Under the pieces are notes generated by a model that saw nothing but the letters and a program-made list of their open reading frames with translations, was not told where the DNA came from and made no database searches. The position numbers were made by a program, and so were the translations under genes. Positions 1 through 9,349 of a stretch of 64,000 nucleotides of DNA are shown one piece after another. Each line of letters opens with the position of its first letter. The stretch's first letter is position 1. Source of the DNA: Candidatus Omnitrophota bacterium (GTDB taxonomy: Bacteria; Omnitrophota; Gorgyraeia; Zapsychrales; Zapsychraceae); the NCBI GenBank assembly GCA_029261055.1, contig JAJDCA010000037.1, positions 10,291 through 74,290 on the forward strand. The letters run 5' to 3'.

Positions 1-8
1 TTAGGCCA

Positions 9-275
9 GTGCTTTATAGTAATTGTTATCACGGCATTCAAGTTGCTTCTACAGGAGAAAGGAATAGCCGGATGGGCGATTTAGGTGTGGTGAGGCCATT
101 TGTATTTATCGTGCTTATGCTGCTTTTGTGGGCTATTGTTGAATCTGCAATGGAATATAGGTATGCAGTATGTAAAAACAACACTTTAATTGTTATAAAT
201 GGTTGTGAATATTATACAAAGAATGGCGGTCGCACCTTTACGCATTGTTATGATTGCGGTAATCACAATAACTAG
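9..275 (+). CDS. hypothetical small protein with one TM segment (may start upstream of window)
   Basis: ORF track; hydrophobic stretch VVRPFVFIVLMLLLWAIV; no recognisable domain. Confidence 0.3.
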   Translation: MLYSNCYHGIQVASTGERNSRMGDLGVVRPFVFIVLMLLLWAIVESAMEYRYAVCKNNTLIVINGCEYYTKNGGRTFTHCYDCGNHNN

Positions 276-436
276 TTTCATGAGTCGGACTACCGTTCTT
301 TGGAAAGGATTAAGATGAACGACAACGATGATGTGTGGCAAACTAAGAAGTTTAATATTTATTGGGGCTGGTTTTGTATGTTTGTACTTTGTGTTTATTT
401 ATATACAAAGATATAATGTGTAAATTATTAAAAAGA

Positions 437-465
437 TTGATCATTAAAATATTATGTGGTATAAT
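437..465 (+). promoter_or_regulatory. sigma70-like promoter TTGATC-N17-TATAAT with TGn extended -10
   Basis: TTGATC at 437-442, 17-nt spacer, TATAAT at 460-465, TGG immediately upstream of -10; 28 nt upstream of RBS GAAAGGAGAAT. Confidence 0.6.
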
Positions 466-493
466 AATAAAAATGTTTTCTTGAAAGGAGAAT

Positions 494-709
494 ATGATGG
501 CTAAAAAAAAGAAACGTAAGCCAAGAAGTCGTGCAGTTACTACCATTTTAAAAGAGATTGAAAAAGCTAAAAATGCGATTGAAAAAGCTAAGGTTGCTGA
601 GTCAGAACTCAAGGCTTTGCAGGATGAGTTGGCTGCAATACCGCAAGAAAGACTAGATAGAGAAATTGCCAAAGCTAAGAATGCAATGGATATGTTGTCT
701 GGTAAATAA
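494..709 (+). CDS. small basic coiled-coil protein (hypothetical)
   Basis: Strong RBS GAAAGGAGAAT; Lys/Arg-rich N-terminus then heptad-like EKAK repeats. Confidence 0.55.
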   Translation: MMAKKKKRKPRSRAVTTILKEIEKAKNAIEKAKVAESELKALQDELAAIPQERLDREIAKAKNAMDMLSGK

Positions 710-739
710 TTAATATTAATAATGGAAAGAATAATTTAA

Positions 740-1351
740 ATGAAAGTTAATGGATACGAAATATGTTCAGGTGCTAATTTACGTGGCATTGATTTAAGTG
801 GTGTTGATTTGCGTGATGCTAACTTGTGTTATGCTGATTTAGCCTTTGCAAATTTATCTGATGCTAAACTATGTAATGTTAATTTGAGTAATGCTGATTT
901 GAGCAATGCTAATCTGATTAATACTGATCTATCCGGTACTAGTCTTAATTGTAGCAATTTATTCAATTCCAATCTGTGTAGCGCTAATTTAAGTGGAGCT
1001 AATTTATCTTTAGCTACTTTAAACTATGCTAAATTAGATGGTACTAACCTGAGCGATGCCAAATTACCTACAGTTACAATGATGCTAATGGCTAGATGGA
1101 ATAAGGTTTCAGACAAACTATGTTTAAAGTTAATGCAATATGATGCTGATTGTCACGGAAATATTGAGGCATTTGATAATTGGGCGAAAAACTCTAATGA
1201 ATGTCCAATGATAAATCAACCATTTATCAGAGCGTGTAACTTTATAGAAAAATCTGATCTATGGTGTCGTAGGACAGAAAACGAGGTAGCGCCAACACCA
1301 TACGAATTACTAATGCAATTATTTAAAGAAAAAAATATCAAATTTGCATGA
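740..1351 (+). CDS. pentapeptide-repeat protein
   Basis: Long run of A(N/D)L(S/x)x pentapeptides (ANLSDAKLCNVNLSNADLSNANLINTDLSGTSL...). Confidence 0.85.
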   Translation: MKVNGYEICSGANLRGIDLSGVDLRDANLCYADLAFANLSDAKLCNVNLSNADLSNANLINTDLSGTSLNCSNLFNSNLCSANLSGANLSLATLNYAKLDGTNLSDAKLPTVTMMLMARWNKVSDKLCLKLMQYDADCHGNIEAFDNWAKNSNECPMINQPFIRACNFIEKSDLWCRRTENEVAPTPYELLMQLFKEKNIKFA

Positions 1352-1401
1352 GTTGGATATGTGAATTTTGGAAATAAGTTATAGCAACATGTAAGGCAAG
1401 T

Positions 1402-1569
1402 ATGAATATTATACGAAACAGTCCGAGAATTTTACTATATATTATGGTATCAGCAATTATGCTTGCAATTATGATAATGTTTTATGTTGTAGATCCGGCA
1501 GAGACTAATATAAAAATTCAAAATGACAGAACAAATGATTTAATAAAAAAAATCCGTCAATTTAAATAA
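1402..1569 (+). CDS. hypothetical 55-aa membrane protein
   Basis: Unlisted short ORF MNIIRNSPRILLYIMVSAIMLAIMIMFYVV...; one TM; weak RBS AAGG. Confidence 0.3.
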   Translation: MNIIRNSPRILLYIMVSAIMLAIMIMFYVVDPAETNIKIQNDRTNDLIKKIRQFK

Positions 1570-1623
1570 TAATATCATTAATTACTATTCTGTATTAATC
1601 AATGGTTGAAGGGCAAAACTCTA

Positions 1624-3756
1624 ATGAAACTAGATGCAAAGTCTGTCGGTGTAGAATCTCGTGGCGTAAAAAATACAATGAAATTCGGAATTGGCGATGC
1701 ATCCGTTGTAATTGATATTCTAAGAAATAGACTATATGCTCATCCTATTCAAGCTTTAGTGCAAGAATATTTGTCAAATGCTAGAGATGCTCATAGAGAA
1801 ATCAATTCAAGTCGATCAATAGTTATTACTATACCAACTGAGTTATCGCCAGTTTTTAAAGTTAGGGATTTTGGTCCTGGCGTTTCTCCAGATCGTTATG
1901 AAAATGTGTTCATTCTGTATGGATCAAGCACTAAAAGAGATAACAATATTCAGACTGGTGGATTTGGTATTGGTGCAAAATCTGCATGGTCTTATACTGA
2001 TTCATTTAATGTAACCACCTTTGTAGATGGTACTAAACGTGACTACATAAATCATGTTGGAAACACAAATGAGGGTGAGGCTGATTTAATAAGCGAATCT
2101 GAAACCGATGAGTTGAATGGGACAGAGATACAGATATCTGTTGATTATAATGATATCTATAAGTTTAGAGATGCTATTTTCAGAGCTACATACTTTTGGC
2201 AAGATCAATGTCAATTTTTTGGTATAGATAAAGACAGCTTGCCAGAAAAAATAGGTGTAATTGTTGGAGAAGATGTTGAAATAGTACCCAAAAATCATAT
2301 CAATAAATTATTGGGAATTAATTCTTATAGTAAGTATTTGATTGTTAGTTTAGATGGTATACCATATGCAGTAAAGGATGCCAGCGAAACAATTAATAAT
2401 GTAATGAATATGCTTGATCCTGAATACACTGCTGTTGTTCATTTGGGTGTTGGAGATATTGGTGTTGCTGCTAGCAGAGATTCCATTAATTATGATGATG
2501 AAACAAATGACACGTTAGAATTGGCAATGCATCATACTCTTAGTGTTTTTAATCGTTATATAGATAATAAAGTAAGTTCTATTGGTTCAATATCAGGATT
2601 TTTTGATGCATACAAAACACTAGAGCCTATGTTTGCCGATAATTACCTATGTAAATCTAGTTTACAGTTTAATAATTATAAAATAATATCATGGAATATT
2701 CATAGTGTTGATTTTAATTATATCAACATTGAAGAGGTGCAGTTTCTATATAATAGAAGATCAAGATCCAGAAATATGTATAGATTAACAAGAAATGACA
2801 GGAAAAGTGTTAATTTTAAGGATTTAAATCACTGTATTTATTATATTGACACAGATGAATCAAAACAAAAGATAAATAGAAGAATTCGCACCGCATTAAA
2901 TATAATCAATGATGACTTATCAAATAAAAAGGAATATATTACTGTTTTAGGTTCAAAATTAAATAATAAATCTAAACTAATGCAGATTGTAAAAGATTTA
3001 AAAGCTATTCCTATATCTTCAATAGAAATGGCTCCGGTTCAAAAAAGAACAAATACTAAAAAATTGTCTTGTGAAAGTGTGATAGTTCATTGTGTGTCAA
3101 AAAACAATTACCATACTGCTAAAAAATCTCACTCAAAATATACAAAATATGTTAATCTTTACGAAAATGAAGTTACATATATATATGTGGAGCTTCACAA
3201 AGGTAAATTTCCAGAATCTATACATGAGGGTGAATTATCAGACTGGTTTGAGAAACATTATGATGATCAAAAGTTGGTCTTTTGTGGAGTAGCTAATAGA
3301 ACTGCTAAGAGTGTTAAAAATGATTCAAATTTTATATCTCTGGAAAAATGGGCATCTAAGTTTAAACCTTCTAAAGATATGATCAATGATACAGTTTATG
3401 TTGATTCAATACGCAGAGAGTCTCAAATTGGAGACCTAATAAAAATATTAAAAGATTTGAAATTGAGAAATGCTAAGTTAGTAAAAACGGTGTATAATAT
3501 GAATGAAATTATAAATAGCTTTAATCAAAATCAATTGCCAACAAAAATAAAGGAATTAATAAATTATGACCATGAAAAACATTCAAAAAAAATAAATTCA
3601 ATGATAGATGCTTTGCGGGATGTAAAGCAACAGTATCCAATATTACAATTTTTACTAGATAATACCCATTACAAAATGGGCAATAGGTTTAAGGAAATGC
3701 CGTTTGAAGATTTGTCACTATATATTAACTATAAAAAAAGATTTTTAAAAAAATAG
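1624..3756 (+). CDS. GHKL-superfamily ATPase, Hsp90/MORC-like (HATPase_c)
   Basis: Bergerat-fold motifs in order: N-box EYLSNARDAH, G1 VRDFGPGV, G2 GGFGIGAKSAWSY. ATG at 1624 preferred over the TTG at 1606 used by the ORF track. Confidence 0.65.
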   Translation: MKLDAKSVGVESRGVKNTMKFGIGDASVVIDILRNRLYAHPIQALVQEYLSNARDAHREINSSRSIVITIPTELSPVFKVRDFGPGVSPDRYENVFILYGSSTKRDNNIQTGGFGIGAKSAWSYTDSFNVTTFVDGTKRDYINHVGNTNEGEADLISESETDELNGTEIQISVDYNDIYKFRDAIFRATYFWQDQCQFFGIDKDSLPEKIGVIVGEDVEIVPKNHINKLLGINSYSKYLIVSLDGIPYAVKDASETINNVMNMLDPEYTAVVHLGVGDIGVAASRDSINYDDETNDTLELAMHHTLSVFNRYIDNKVSSIGSISGFFDAYKTLEPMFADNYLCKSSLQFNNYKIISWNIHSVDFNYINIEEVQFLYNRRSRSRNMYRLTRNDRKSVNFKDLNHCIYYIDTDESKQKINRRIRTALNIINDDLSNKKEYITVLGSKLNNKSKLMQIVKDLKAIPISSIEMAPVQKRTNTKKLSCESVIVHCVSKNNYHTAKKSHSKYTKYVNLYENEVTYIYVELHKGKFPESIHEGELSDWFEKHYDDQKLVFCGVANRTAKSVKNDSNFISLEKWASKFKPSKDMINDTVYVDSIRRESQIGDLIKILKDLKLRNAKLVKTVYNMNEIINSFNQNQLPTKIKELINYDHEKHSKKINSMIDALRDVKQQYPILQFLLDNTHYKMGNRFKEMPFEDLSLYINYKKRFLKK

Positions 3757-3766
3757 AAAATGGCAC

Positions 3767-3795
3767 TTGCATTAGTTTAAATAATATGTTATAAT
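3767..3795 (+). promoter_or_regulatory. sigma70-like promoter TTGCAT-N17-TATAAT (extended -10)
   Basis: TTGCAT 3767-3772, 17-nt spacer ending TGT, TATAAT 3790-3795; upstream of RBS AAGGAGAAAC. Confidence 0.6.
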
Positions 3796-3823
3796 ACAAT
3801 AGATATTAGTATAAGGAGAAACA

Positions 3824-4018
3824 ATGGATAATAAAGCTAGGACTGAATTCTTGAAATGTACAATAACTGAAGTTTTGGGTGAGTTAGATGACCTAAACGA
3901 TAAACCTTGCGAAGATCCTACGTTATATGGACTAGAGGAAAAGTTTTTGTTACGTAAAATGGAAATGCTAGAGGCTCATTTAAATAAAATAGAATATCTA
4001 ATTGAAAAAGAAAACTAA
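3824..4018 (+). CDS. small conserved protein, paralog of ORF 61092..61286
   Basis: RBS AAGGAGAAAC; shares pattern EFL..LDD..P..E.F..RM.ML.AHL..EYL with the 61092 ORF. Confidence 0.5.
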   Translation: MDNKARTEFLKCTITEVLGELDDLNDKPCEDPTLYGLEEKFLLRKMEMLEAHLNKIEYLIEKEN

Positions 4019-4074
4019 TGGCCTGTAAATCAAAATCAACATTATAAACAAATCTAAAAGAAAGTGAGAAATCA

Positions 4075-5031
4075 ATGTTAAGCTATCATATTTTACCCAA
4101 TGGAATTAGTCTTAGTTATGATGGAAAAGTTGTTCTGGTCAATAAAAGCGACAAGAGACACGAGAAAATCATAGCCGCGATCAGAAATGGCGAAGAGTCT
4201 ACTATTCCTGGCATCGTTGAGCACATGCAGCGTTATTTTGACAGACATGACGGAGCTGAATTCGTTAATGGTCAAGTTTTAATCGATGGATGCGAAATTC
4301 CACAAGAGCTGAATCATTATATTCTTGGTTTGGCGGATGATGAGCTTCCATTTAATCGCATGATAAAGTTCTGGAGACGGTTACAGAAGAGTAATCGTTT
4401 CGGTGTTAGAGAAAGACTATTTCGGTTTCTTCAGCGACAAGAACATCCTATTACAGAAGATGGTAGGTTTTTGGCTTATCGTCGTGTTGGTGTTATTGAT
4501 AATAAAAAAACGAAAAAGGATGGTGTTGATGTTTTAAAATTCCCAAACAAGACTGAGGGTGAGCGCATTCTGGTTGACTTGCATACTAGGACTATCGACA
4601 ACTCAGTTGGTGAAACTCCCTATATGGACCCTGTGACAGTATGTGACGATCCAAACATTACATGCGCAGAAGGACTACATGCTGCATCATTTAAGTATGC
4701 TAGTGAATTCTACGGTGATGGTGTTTTGGTTGAGGTTGCTATTGCTCCAGAAGATGTAATTTGTGTGCCAAATGATTATGATGGGCAAAAAATGCGCACA
4801 TGCCGCTATGAAGTCATTACAGAAATAGATGGTCCAAGGTCTGGTCCCTCTGTTGATTTGGAACCTAATAATAAGACCAATGATAGTTCGGATGAAAACG
4901 TCATAATGACAGATGAAGAAATTGAGGAAGAGCGACAAAAGGAAAGATGTTGGGATTCCGAACATAACAATATTGATTACGATGATGACAATGGCAATTA
5001 CGATGACGACGATGTTGAGTATAGCTATTAA
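4075..5031 (+). CDS. hypothetical protein with poly-acidic C-terminus
   Basis: 318-aa ORF, RBS GAAAGTGAGAAATCA; C-terminal DYDDDNGNYDDDDVEYSY tail; no motif recognised. Confidence 0.55.
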   Translation: MLSYHILPNGISLSYDGKVVLVNKSDKRHEKIIAAIRNGEESTIPGIVEHMQRYFDRHDGAEFVNGQVLIDGCEIPQELNHYILGLADDELPFNRMIKFWRRLQKSNRFGVRERLFRFLQRQEHPITEDGRFLAYRRVGVIDNKKTKKDGVDVLKFPNKTEGERILVDLHTRTIDNSVGETPYMDPVTVCDDPNITCAEGLHAASFKYASEFYGDGVLVEVAIAPEDVICVPNDYDGQKMRTCRYEVITEIDGPRSGPSVDLEPNNKTNDSSDENVIMTDEEIEEERQKERCWDSEHNNIDYDDDNGNYDDDDVEYSY

Positions 5032-5062
5032 ATAATTAATTTTAAACATCACCTATAATAGT

Positions 5063-5434
5063 TTGAAAGGCATATTTATGGATTTTAACATCGGCGACAC
5101 TGTATTATTAACGTTGGACAAAAAGGCTGGAAAAGTAATTAGAAGTTTTGAATCTTTAGATGATATTGCGCTCCACTATCCACGTTATAATAGTCAGGAA
5201 GAATACTATATATTAACTAGAAAAGTATGGTATCAAGATAATAATGTTGATGAATATGACCCTATATATCTTGTCGAGCTTACTAATCCTGAATCATGCT
5301 CAGAATCAATCAAGTATATGCTTTGTCCTGGTCCACTATTATCTTTGATTAAAAATAATTGCTGTTGTGGCGTTGATACACTTGGGTATGGTATTCATTC
5401 ACAATATTGTGATAAATACAAAATTAGTTTATAG
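5063..5434 (+). CDS. hypothetical protein
   Basis: ORF with RBS GAAAGG; ends in TAG and lies in frame with the downstream pentapeptide gene. Confidence 0.5.
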   Translation: MKGIFMDFNIGDTVLLTLDKKAGKVIRSFESLDDIALHYPRYNSQEEYYILTRKVWYQDNNVDEYDPIYLVELTNPESCSESIKYMLCPGPLLSLIKNNCCCGVDTLGYGIHSQYCDKYKISL

Positions 5435-5443
5435 GTAAAGAGA

Positions 5444-6064
5444 GTGTTTAAAGTGTCAAATTGTCCTAAATGTGGTAGTCAGATAGTATATCAAGGTTTG
5501 TCCAAGGTAGAGTGCGATACATCAAGTTGTTCTAATTTCAGCTCTATCGAGTCTTTAGATGTAGATTTCAATGACGACTACTTAATGACAAAGATTAAAG
5601 ATGTGTTGAGATACACTAATTGTATTAGTTGGTTCAAGTATTTTGAAAATAATCGGCAGATAATTGCTAATGCACTAGATTCCAATAATTTAGTGGGTTA
5701 TTTTAATATTTTGCGTGATACTGAACTAGAGTATTGTAGTGGACCACTGGTGGGTAGATTATTTACTAGTTTTGGCAATTTACGTGGCGCTAATTTGAAT
5801 CGTTTTAGCTTATGTAGTGCTAATTTAGATGGCTTAGATTTGTGTGGTACTAATTTAATTCGCGCTAGTCTAGCTTGTGTCAATTTGACTGGTGCTGATC
5901 TAACCAATGCATCTTTACAAAGGGCTGACCTGTTTGGTGCTAATCTATCCTATGCTAATTTGGCTGGTGCCAACTTAACTAATGCTGATTTGCGTGGCGC
6001 TGATCTAGGATTCTGTAATTTAACTAACACTGTCTTAACTGGAACTATTTTGGAAAAACCATAA
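5444..6064 (+). CDS. zinc-ribbon plus pentapeptide-repeat protein
   Basis: N-terminal CPKCG...C..SSC; C-terminal ANL/ADL pentapeptide run; GTG start uncertain (GTG 5444 or 5453). Confidence 0.75.
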   Translation: MFKVSNCPKCGSQIVYQGLSKVECDTSSCSNFSSIESLDVDFNDDYLMTKIKDVLRYTNCISWFKYFENNRQIIANALDSNNLVGYFNILRDTELEYCSGPLVGRLFTSFGNLRGANLNRFSLCSANLDGLDLCGTNLIRASLACVNLTGADLTNASLQRADLFGANLSYANLAGANLTNADLRGADLGFCNLTNTVLTGTILEKP

Positions 6065-6072
6065 AATAATAC

Positions 6073-6101
6073 TTGCACCAATTTATTTAATGTGTTATAA
6101 T
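6073..6101 (+). promoter_or_regulatory. sigma70-like promoter TTGCAC-N17-TATAAT (extended -10)
   Basis: TTGCAC 6073-6078, 17-nt spacer ending TGT, TATAAT 6096-6101. Confidence 0.6.
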
Positions 6102-6144
6102 TTATTGTAGGTAATTTTGCTTACATAATTAGAAAGAGGCTGTT

Positions 6145-6492
6145 ATGAGCTTACTTAAAAATGATTTTGATTCACTTATGAATAAGGCTAAGAATGAAAA
6201 TCTAGTAACCAATATCGCAAAACAGGTGTTTCTGACTTTATTTTTTGGTGTACTAGGAATGATTCTTGTACCATATTCTTTGAATCTACTTTTATCTTGT
6301 GCTAGTATGGAGCCTGTTGCTACTAAAACTGCTGGATTCCTTATTGGTGCTGCTATATTTAACCTAGATAAATTTGGAAAATTTAAGTTTGTTTCAATCT
6401 TGTCTATGTTGCTGTATGTTGCTTTCGATGTAAATATGTTTGACGCAGTTAAAGTTGGCGTTGATTTTCTATTAGCTGCTGCACCAGAGTAA
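6145..6492 (+). CDS. hypothetical membrane protein
   Basis: RBS AGAAAGAGG; 2-3 predicted TM helices. Confidence 0.5.
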   Translation: MSLLKNDFDSLMNKAKNENLVTNIAKQVFLTLFFGVLGMILVPYSLNLLLSCASMEPVATKTAGFLIGAAIFNLDKFGKFKFVSILSMLLYVAFDVNMFDAVKVGVDFLLAAAPE

Positions 6493-6515
6493 AATTAAAG
6501 TTGAGAGAATAAATT

Positions 6516-6980
6516 ATGGAAATTATCGAGGGTGATTTGCTCCATTTGGCATGTACTGGTGAATTTGATGTTATTATTCATGGTACTAATTGTCAAAATG
6601 TTATGGGTGCTGGGATTGCTTATGAAATTAAGGAGTATTTTCCAGAAGCTTTTGTGGCTGACCGTGATTATTTAAGATGTCATGGTTCAGAATTTCTGCT
6701 AGGGAATTTTTCCTCAGTCGATGTTTCTGATCTGTTTGGAAGACCTTTAATTATAGTTAATGCCTACACTCAACTAAAATATGGAGAAGGATTGCAAGTT
6801 GATTACGATGCAATTGACCAAGTGTTTGGTAGAATTGCTGATGCTTTTCCAAATAAATCAATAGGTTATCCAAAAATTGGTGCTGGGTTAGGCGGTGGTG
6901 ATTGGGATAGGATCTCAAAAATAATTGATACGCGCTTAGATGGCATGGATCATACTTTGGTAATCTATAAAGAAAGTTAG
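6516..6980 (+). CDS. macro-domain protein, TARG1/OARD1/DarG-like
   Basis: VIIHGTNCQNVMGAGIAYEIKEYFP matches the TARG1-type signature (H-x-x-N-C-x-x-MGAGIA). Confidence 0.7.
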   Translation: MEIIEGDLLHLACTGEFDVIIHGTNCQNVMGAGIAYEIKEYFPEAFVADRDYLRCHGSEFLLGNFSSVDVSDLFGRPLIIVNAYTQLKYGEGLQVDYDAIDQVFGRIADAFPNKSIGYPKIGAGLGGGDWDRISKIIDTRLDGMDHTLVIYKES

Positions 6981-6986
6981 CAATTT

Positions 6987-7553
6987 ATGCTATTTACAAC
7001 AATTCAGTTATGCAAAAATAATAAACCATGTACTGATGGATATAAAAGAATGCTGGAACGATTTCCAGATCACACCAAAGATGAAATTATACCCATACTA
7101 AGAATAGCTGAAGATAACAATTTTGGACTAGAAGATGGCTTGTTTGCCTTAAAGTGCACTATGGAAGATAGTAGAAGTACCTGTATTGATTTCTGTATCT
7201 TTTGCTTAGAAATAGCTATTAATTCTTTACATACAAATAACAAAAACTACAATAGAATAATAAAGCTTGAGCGCAACATAAGAGACTATGCTTACGGTGA
7301 CATCACTACATTTCCAGAATGCGACATGCCATTATCTATTGTAGATTCTTGGGATATTGATGAGCGTATTTTAAATGTTGTGTATCATACATATTCATGT
7401 ATAGAAAGCGCAAGTAATAAAGATGCCGCTGGCCATGCCGCCGATGTGTCACACATAACAATTGATCATTGCATCAATGATAAAAATGATAAAGATATAA
7501 GGAAAAGTCAGGTGCATAAGCACTTGATTCATTTACTAGAATTTAATAAATGA
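6987..7553 (+). CDS. hypothetical Cys/His-containing protein
   Basis: 188-aa ORF, no recognised domain. Confidence 0.45.
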   Translation: MLFTTIQLCKNNKPCTDGYKRMLERFPDHTKDEIIPILRIAEDNNFGLEDGLFALKCTMEDSRSTCIDFCIFCLEIAINSLHTNNKNYNRIIKLERNIRDYAYGDITTFPECDMPLSIVDSWDIDERILNVVYHTYSCIESASNKDAAGHAADVSHITIDHCINDKNDKDIRKSQVHKHLIHLLEFNK

Positions 7554-7744
7554 TTAAATATATAGAAGGGTATGCTGTGTTTATTTCCATATTATTGATA
7601 GTGTGGAGTCTTATAAGTGTATCTATATTAGGTTTAAGTTCCCCTAAACCAACTGTTCTTGGGCTGTTTGGTGCATTAGCAGTATTAGTTTTCATATTTG
7701 TAGCCATCGTATCGAGGGATAAAAATAAAAAGGAAACATATTAG
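7550..7744 (+). CDS. small membrane protein
   Basis: Two hydrophobic helices, overlaps neighbours by 4 nt (operon-like). Confidence 0.4.
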   Translation: MIKYIEGYAVFISILLIVWSLISVSILGLSSPKPTVLGLFGALAVLVFIFVAIVSRDKNKKETY

Positions 7745-8193
7745 TGATAACATTATTAACAATTCTTTGGCTTTTATGTTTGTTTTGTTTTGCTATGTGG
7801 GGCATGTATAGGCTCGTAGTTAGAGGAGATCAATATGGCGACAAGGATGAATTTCATCTGTTTATGTATCTCTGTGGATTATGTCTCTTTCTATTTGCTG
7901 CTGGGTTTGCTGGCTGTGAAGCAACCAACAAATTTAATAAAGGGCAATCTTTTATAAATGAATTTGGAACGATTGGTATTGTAACTGATATCAAAACAAT
8001 TAGAACTAGTGCCCATCCAAGCCATCCACATTATATTACATTATATGTAGTAAAAAATAGAGAAAATAAATTAATGAGCGTTAATAGTGGCAAACATAGT
8101 GCTAAAGTTGGAGAACTATGGGAGTTAAAATGTGATTATAGTGGCCCATATTCTGTAGGACTATATAAAAAATTAAATAAAAAATCATTGTAA
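7744..8193 (+). CDS. membrane protein (hypothetical)
   Basis: N-terminal two TM helices; GTG start. Confidence 0.45.
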   Translation: MITLLTILWLLCLFCFAMWGMYRLVVRGDQYGDKDEFHLFMYLCGLCLFLFAAGFAGCEATNKFNKGQSFINEFGTIGIVTDIKTIRTSAHPSHPHYITLYVVKNRENKLMSVNSGKHSAKVGELWELKCDYSGPYSVGLYKKLNKKSL

Positions 8194-8209
8194 AGTTAGG
8201 TAGAGTTAA

Positions 8210-8518
8210 GTGGATTTACCATTATACAAAAAAGAAATTGCTAGAATGGAGTATTTTTGTGACTGGTTTGCTGATGCTGTAACCAAGAGAGATTATGAAA
8301 ACCTATCTGTTCAAAATTTTGAAGATGCATATGCTGCTAACAGTTGTCTTAAATATTTTAATAATATGACAAAAAATGAATTATCTATAATTCGTATTAA
8401 TGATCAAATAGAATTTATTTCAGGTGGGACTGGACTAGTGTGGGAGCGTGTTTTTCGCATTAGCGTATTAGAAGCCCTTAAGCAGGACTTTGAAAATCAT
8501 AAAAATAAAGGAACATAA
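8210..8518 (+). CDS. hypothetical protein
   Basis: ORF track; GTG start; ATGA overlap with next gene. Confidence 0.45.
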   Translation: MDLPLYKKEIARMEYFCDWFADAVTKRDYENLSVQNFEDAYAANSCLKYFNNMTKNELSIIRINDQIEFISGGTGLVWERVFRISVLEALKQDFENHKNKGT

Positions 8519-8994
8519 TGGACAATGACGATTATAATGTAGTAAAAGAGGCTAATGCACTTGGGTTAACAGCAGAAGAAGATTCTGATGGATGGACTAT
8601 TTTTGGAGATGGATGGTCAATGATGTTTCTTATGAAACATAAGGCAATTACATTTTTAAATGGTTATCATATGGGCAAGCAACATTTTAAAACCGATGAA
8701 TTAGAAAATATCAAAGCAAAAAATAAAAAATTAATATGTATACTAAAAGAATTATATAACAATAATAATAGAAGAATAAAAAAATCCAATACATTATTAG
8801 GTCATCAAAAAGAACAGATTAGGGCTAGGATTAGGCATATGAATACAGAATTAGATATGTCTGGCGAAGGACTAATTAATGGCGTTACTGAAAATATGAC
8901 AGAATTTATTGAGCTAAGAGCCAGTATTAGACTTTTAGAAGATATTAAAAAAGAACTCAATCCTTTTAAGACACAATTTAATAAACTCAAATAA
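8518..8994 (+). CDS. hypothetical protein
   Basis: ORF track, translationally coupled to previous gene. Confidence 0.5.
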   Translation: MDNDDYNVVKEANALGLTAEEDSDGWTIFGDGWSMMFLMKHKAITFLNGYHMGKQHFKTDELENIKAKNKKLICILKELYNNNNRRIKKSNTLLGHQKEQIRARIRHMNTELDMSGEGLINGVTENMTEFIELRASIRLLEDIKKELNPFKTQFNKLK

Positions 8995-9009
8995 GTAGAA
9001 AGATGTAGC

Positions 9010-9345
9010 ATGACTACAGGGAGCAGTGAGCGCGATATAGATACTAGCTGTCTAACAGAACCAATCAAAATTGACCGCTGGACAAGAACATATTGTCATA
9101 ATTGCGGGGTTACTTTTGATTTTACTAGAACCATGGAAAAAGAAGTTCGGCCACACGAAAAAATATTATGTAGCGAATGTGAAGTTTCTAACCCACTATA
9201 TGATGAAATAGATGAACTAAATAGTGAAATAAGTAAGCTTAAGTTAGAAAATAAAAAATTAAAAACTAAAATAAACAATATGACTAGAAAAATTACTGCA
9301 ACAAACAAAAGATTAGCTGCTATAATAGCGAAAAGAGGTTTTTAA
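9010..9345 (+). CDS. zinc-ribbon / coiled-coil protein
   Basis: CHNCG...CSECE then leucine-heptad KLKLENKKLKTKINN. Confidence 0.45.
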   Translation: MTTGSSERDIDTSCLTEPIKIDRWTRTYCHNCGVTFDFTRTMEKEVRPHEKILCSECEVSNPLYDEIDELNSEISKLKLENKKLKTKINNMTRKITATNKRLAAIIAKRGF

Positions 9346-9349
9346 AATA

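Noticed and set aside
352-672. Minus-strand 106-aa ORF
   Set aside because: Overlaps the plus-strand gene 494..709, which has a strong RBS and a consensus promoter. Low-complexity translation typical of antisense reading of AT-rich DNA.
3092-3292. Nested + ORF inside the GHKL ATPase gene
   Set aside because: Internal out-of-frame ORF of 66 aa with no RBS.
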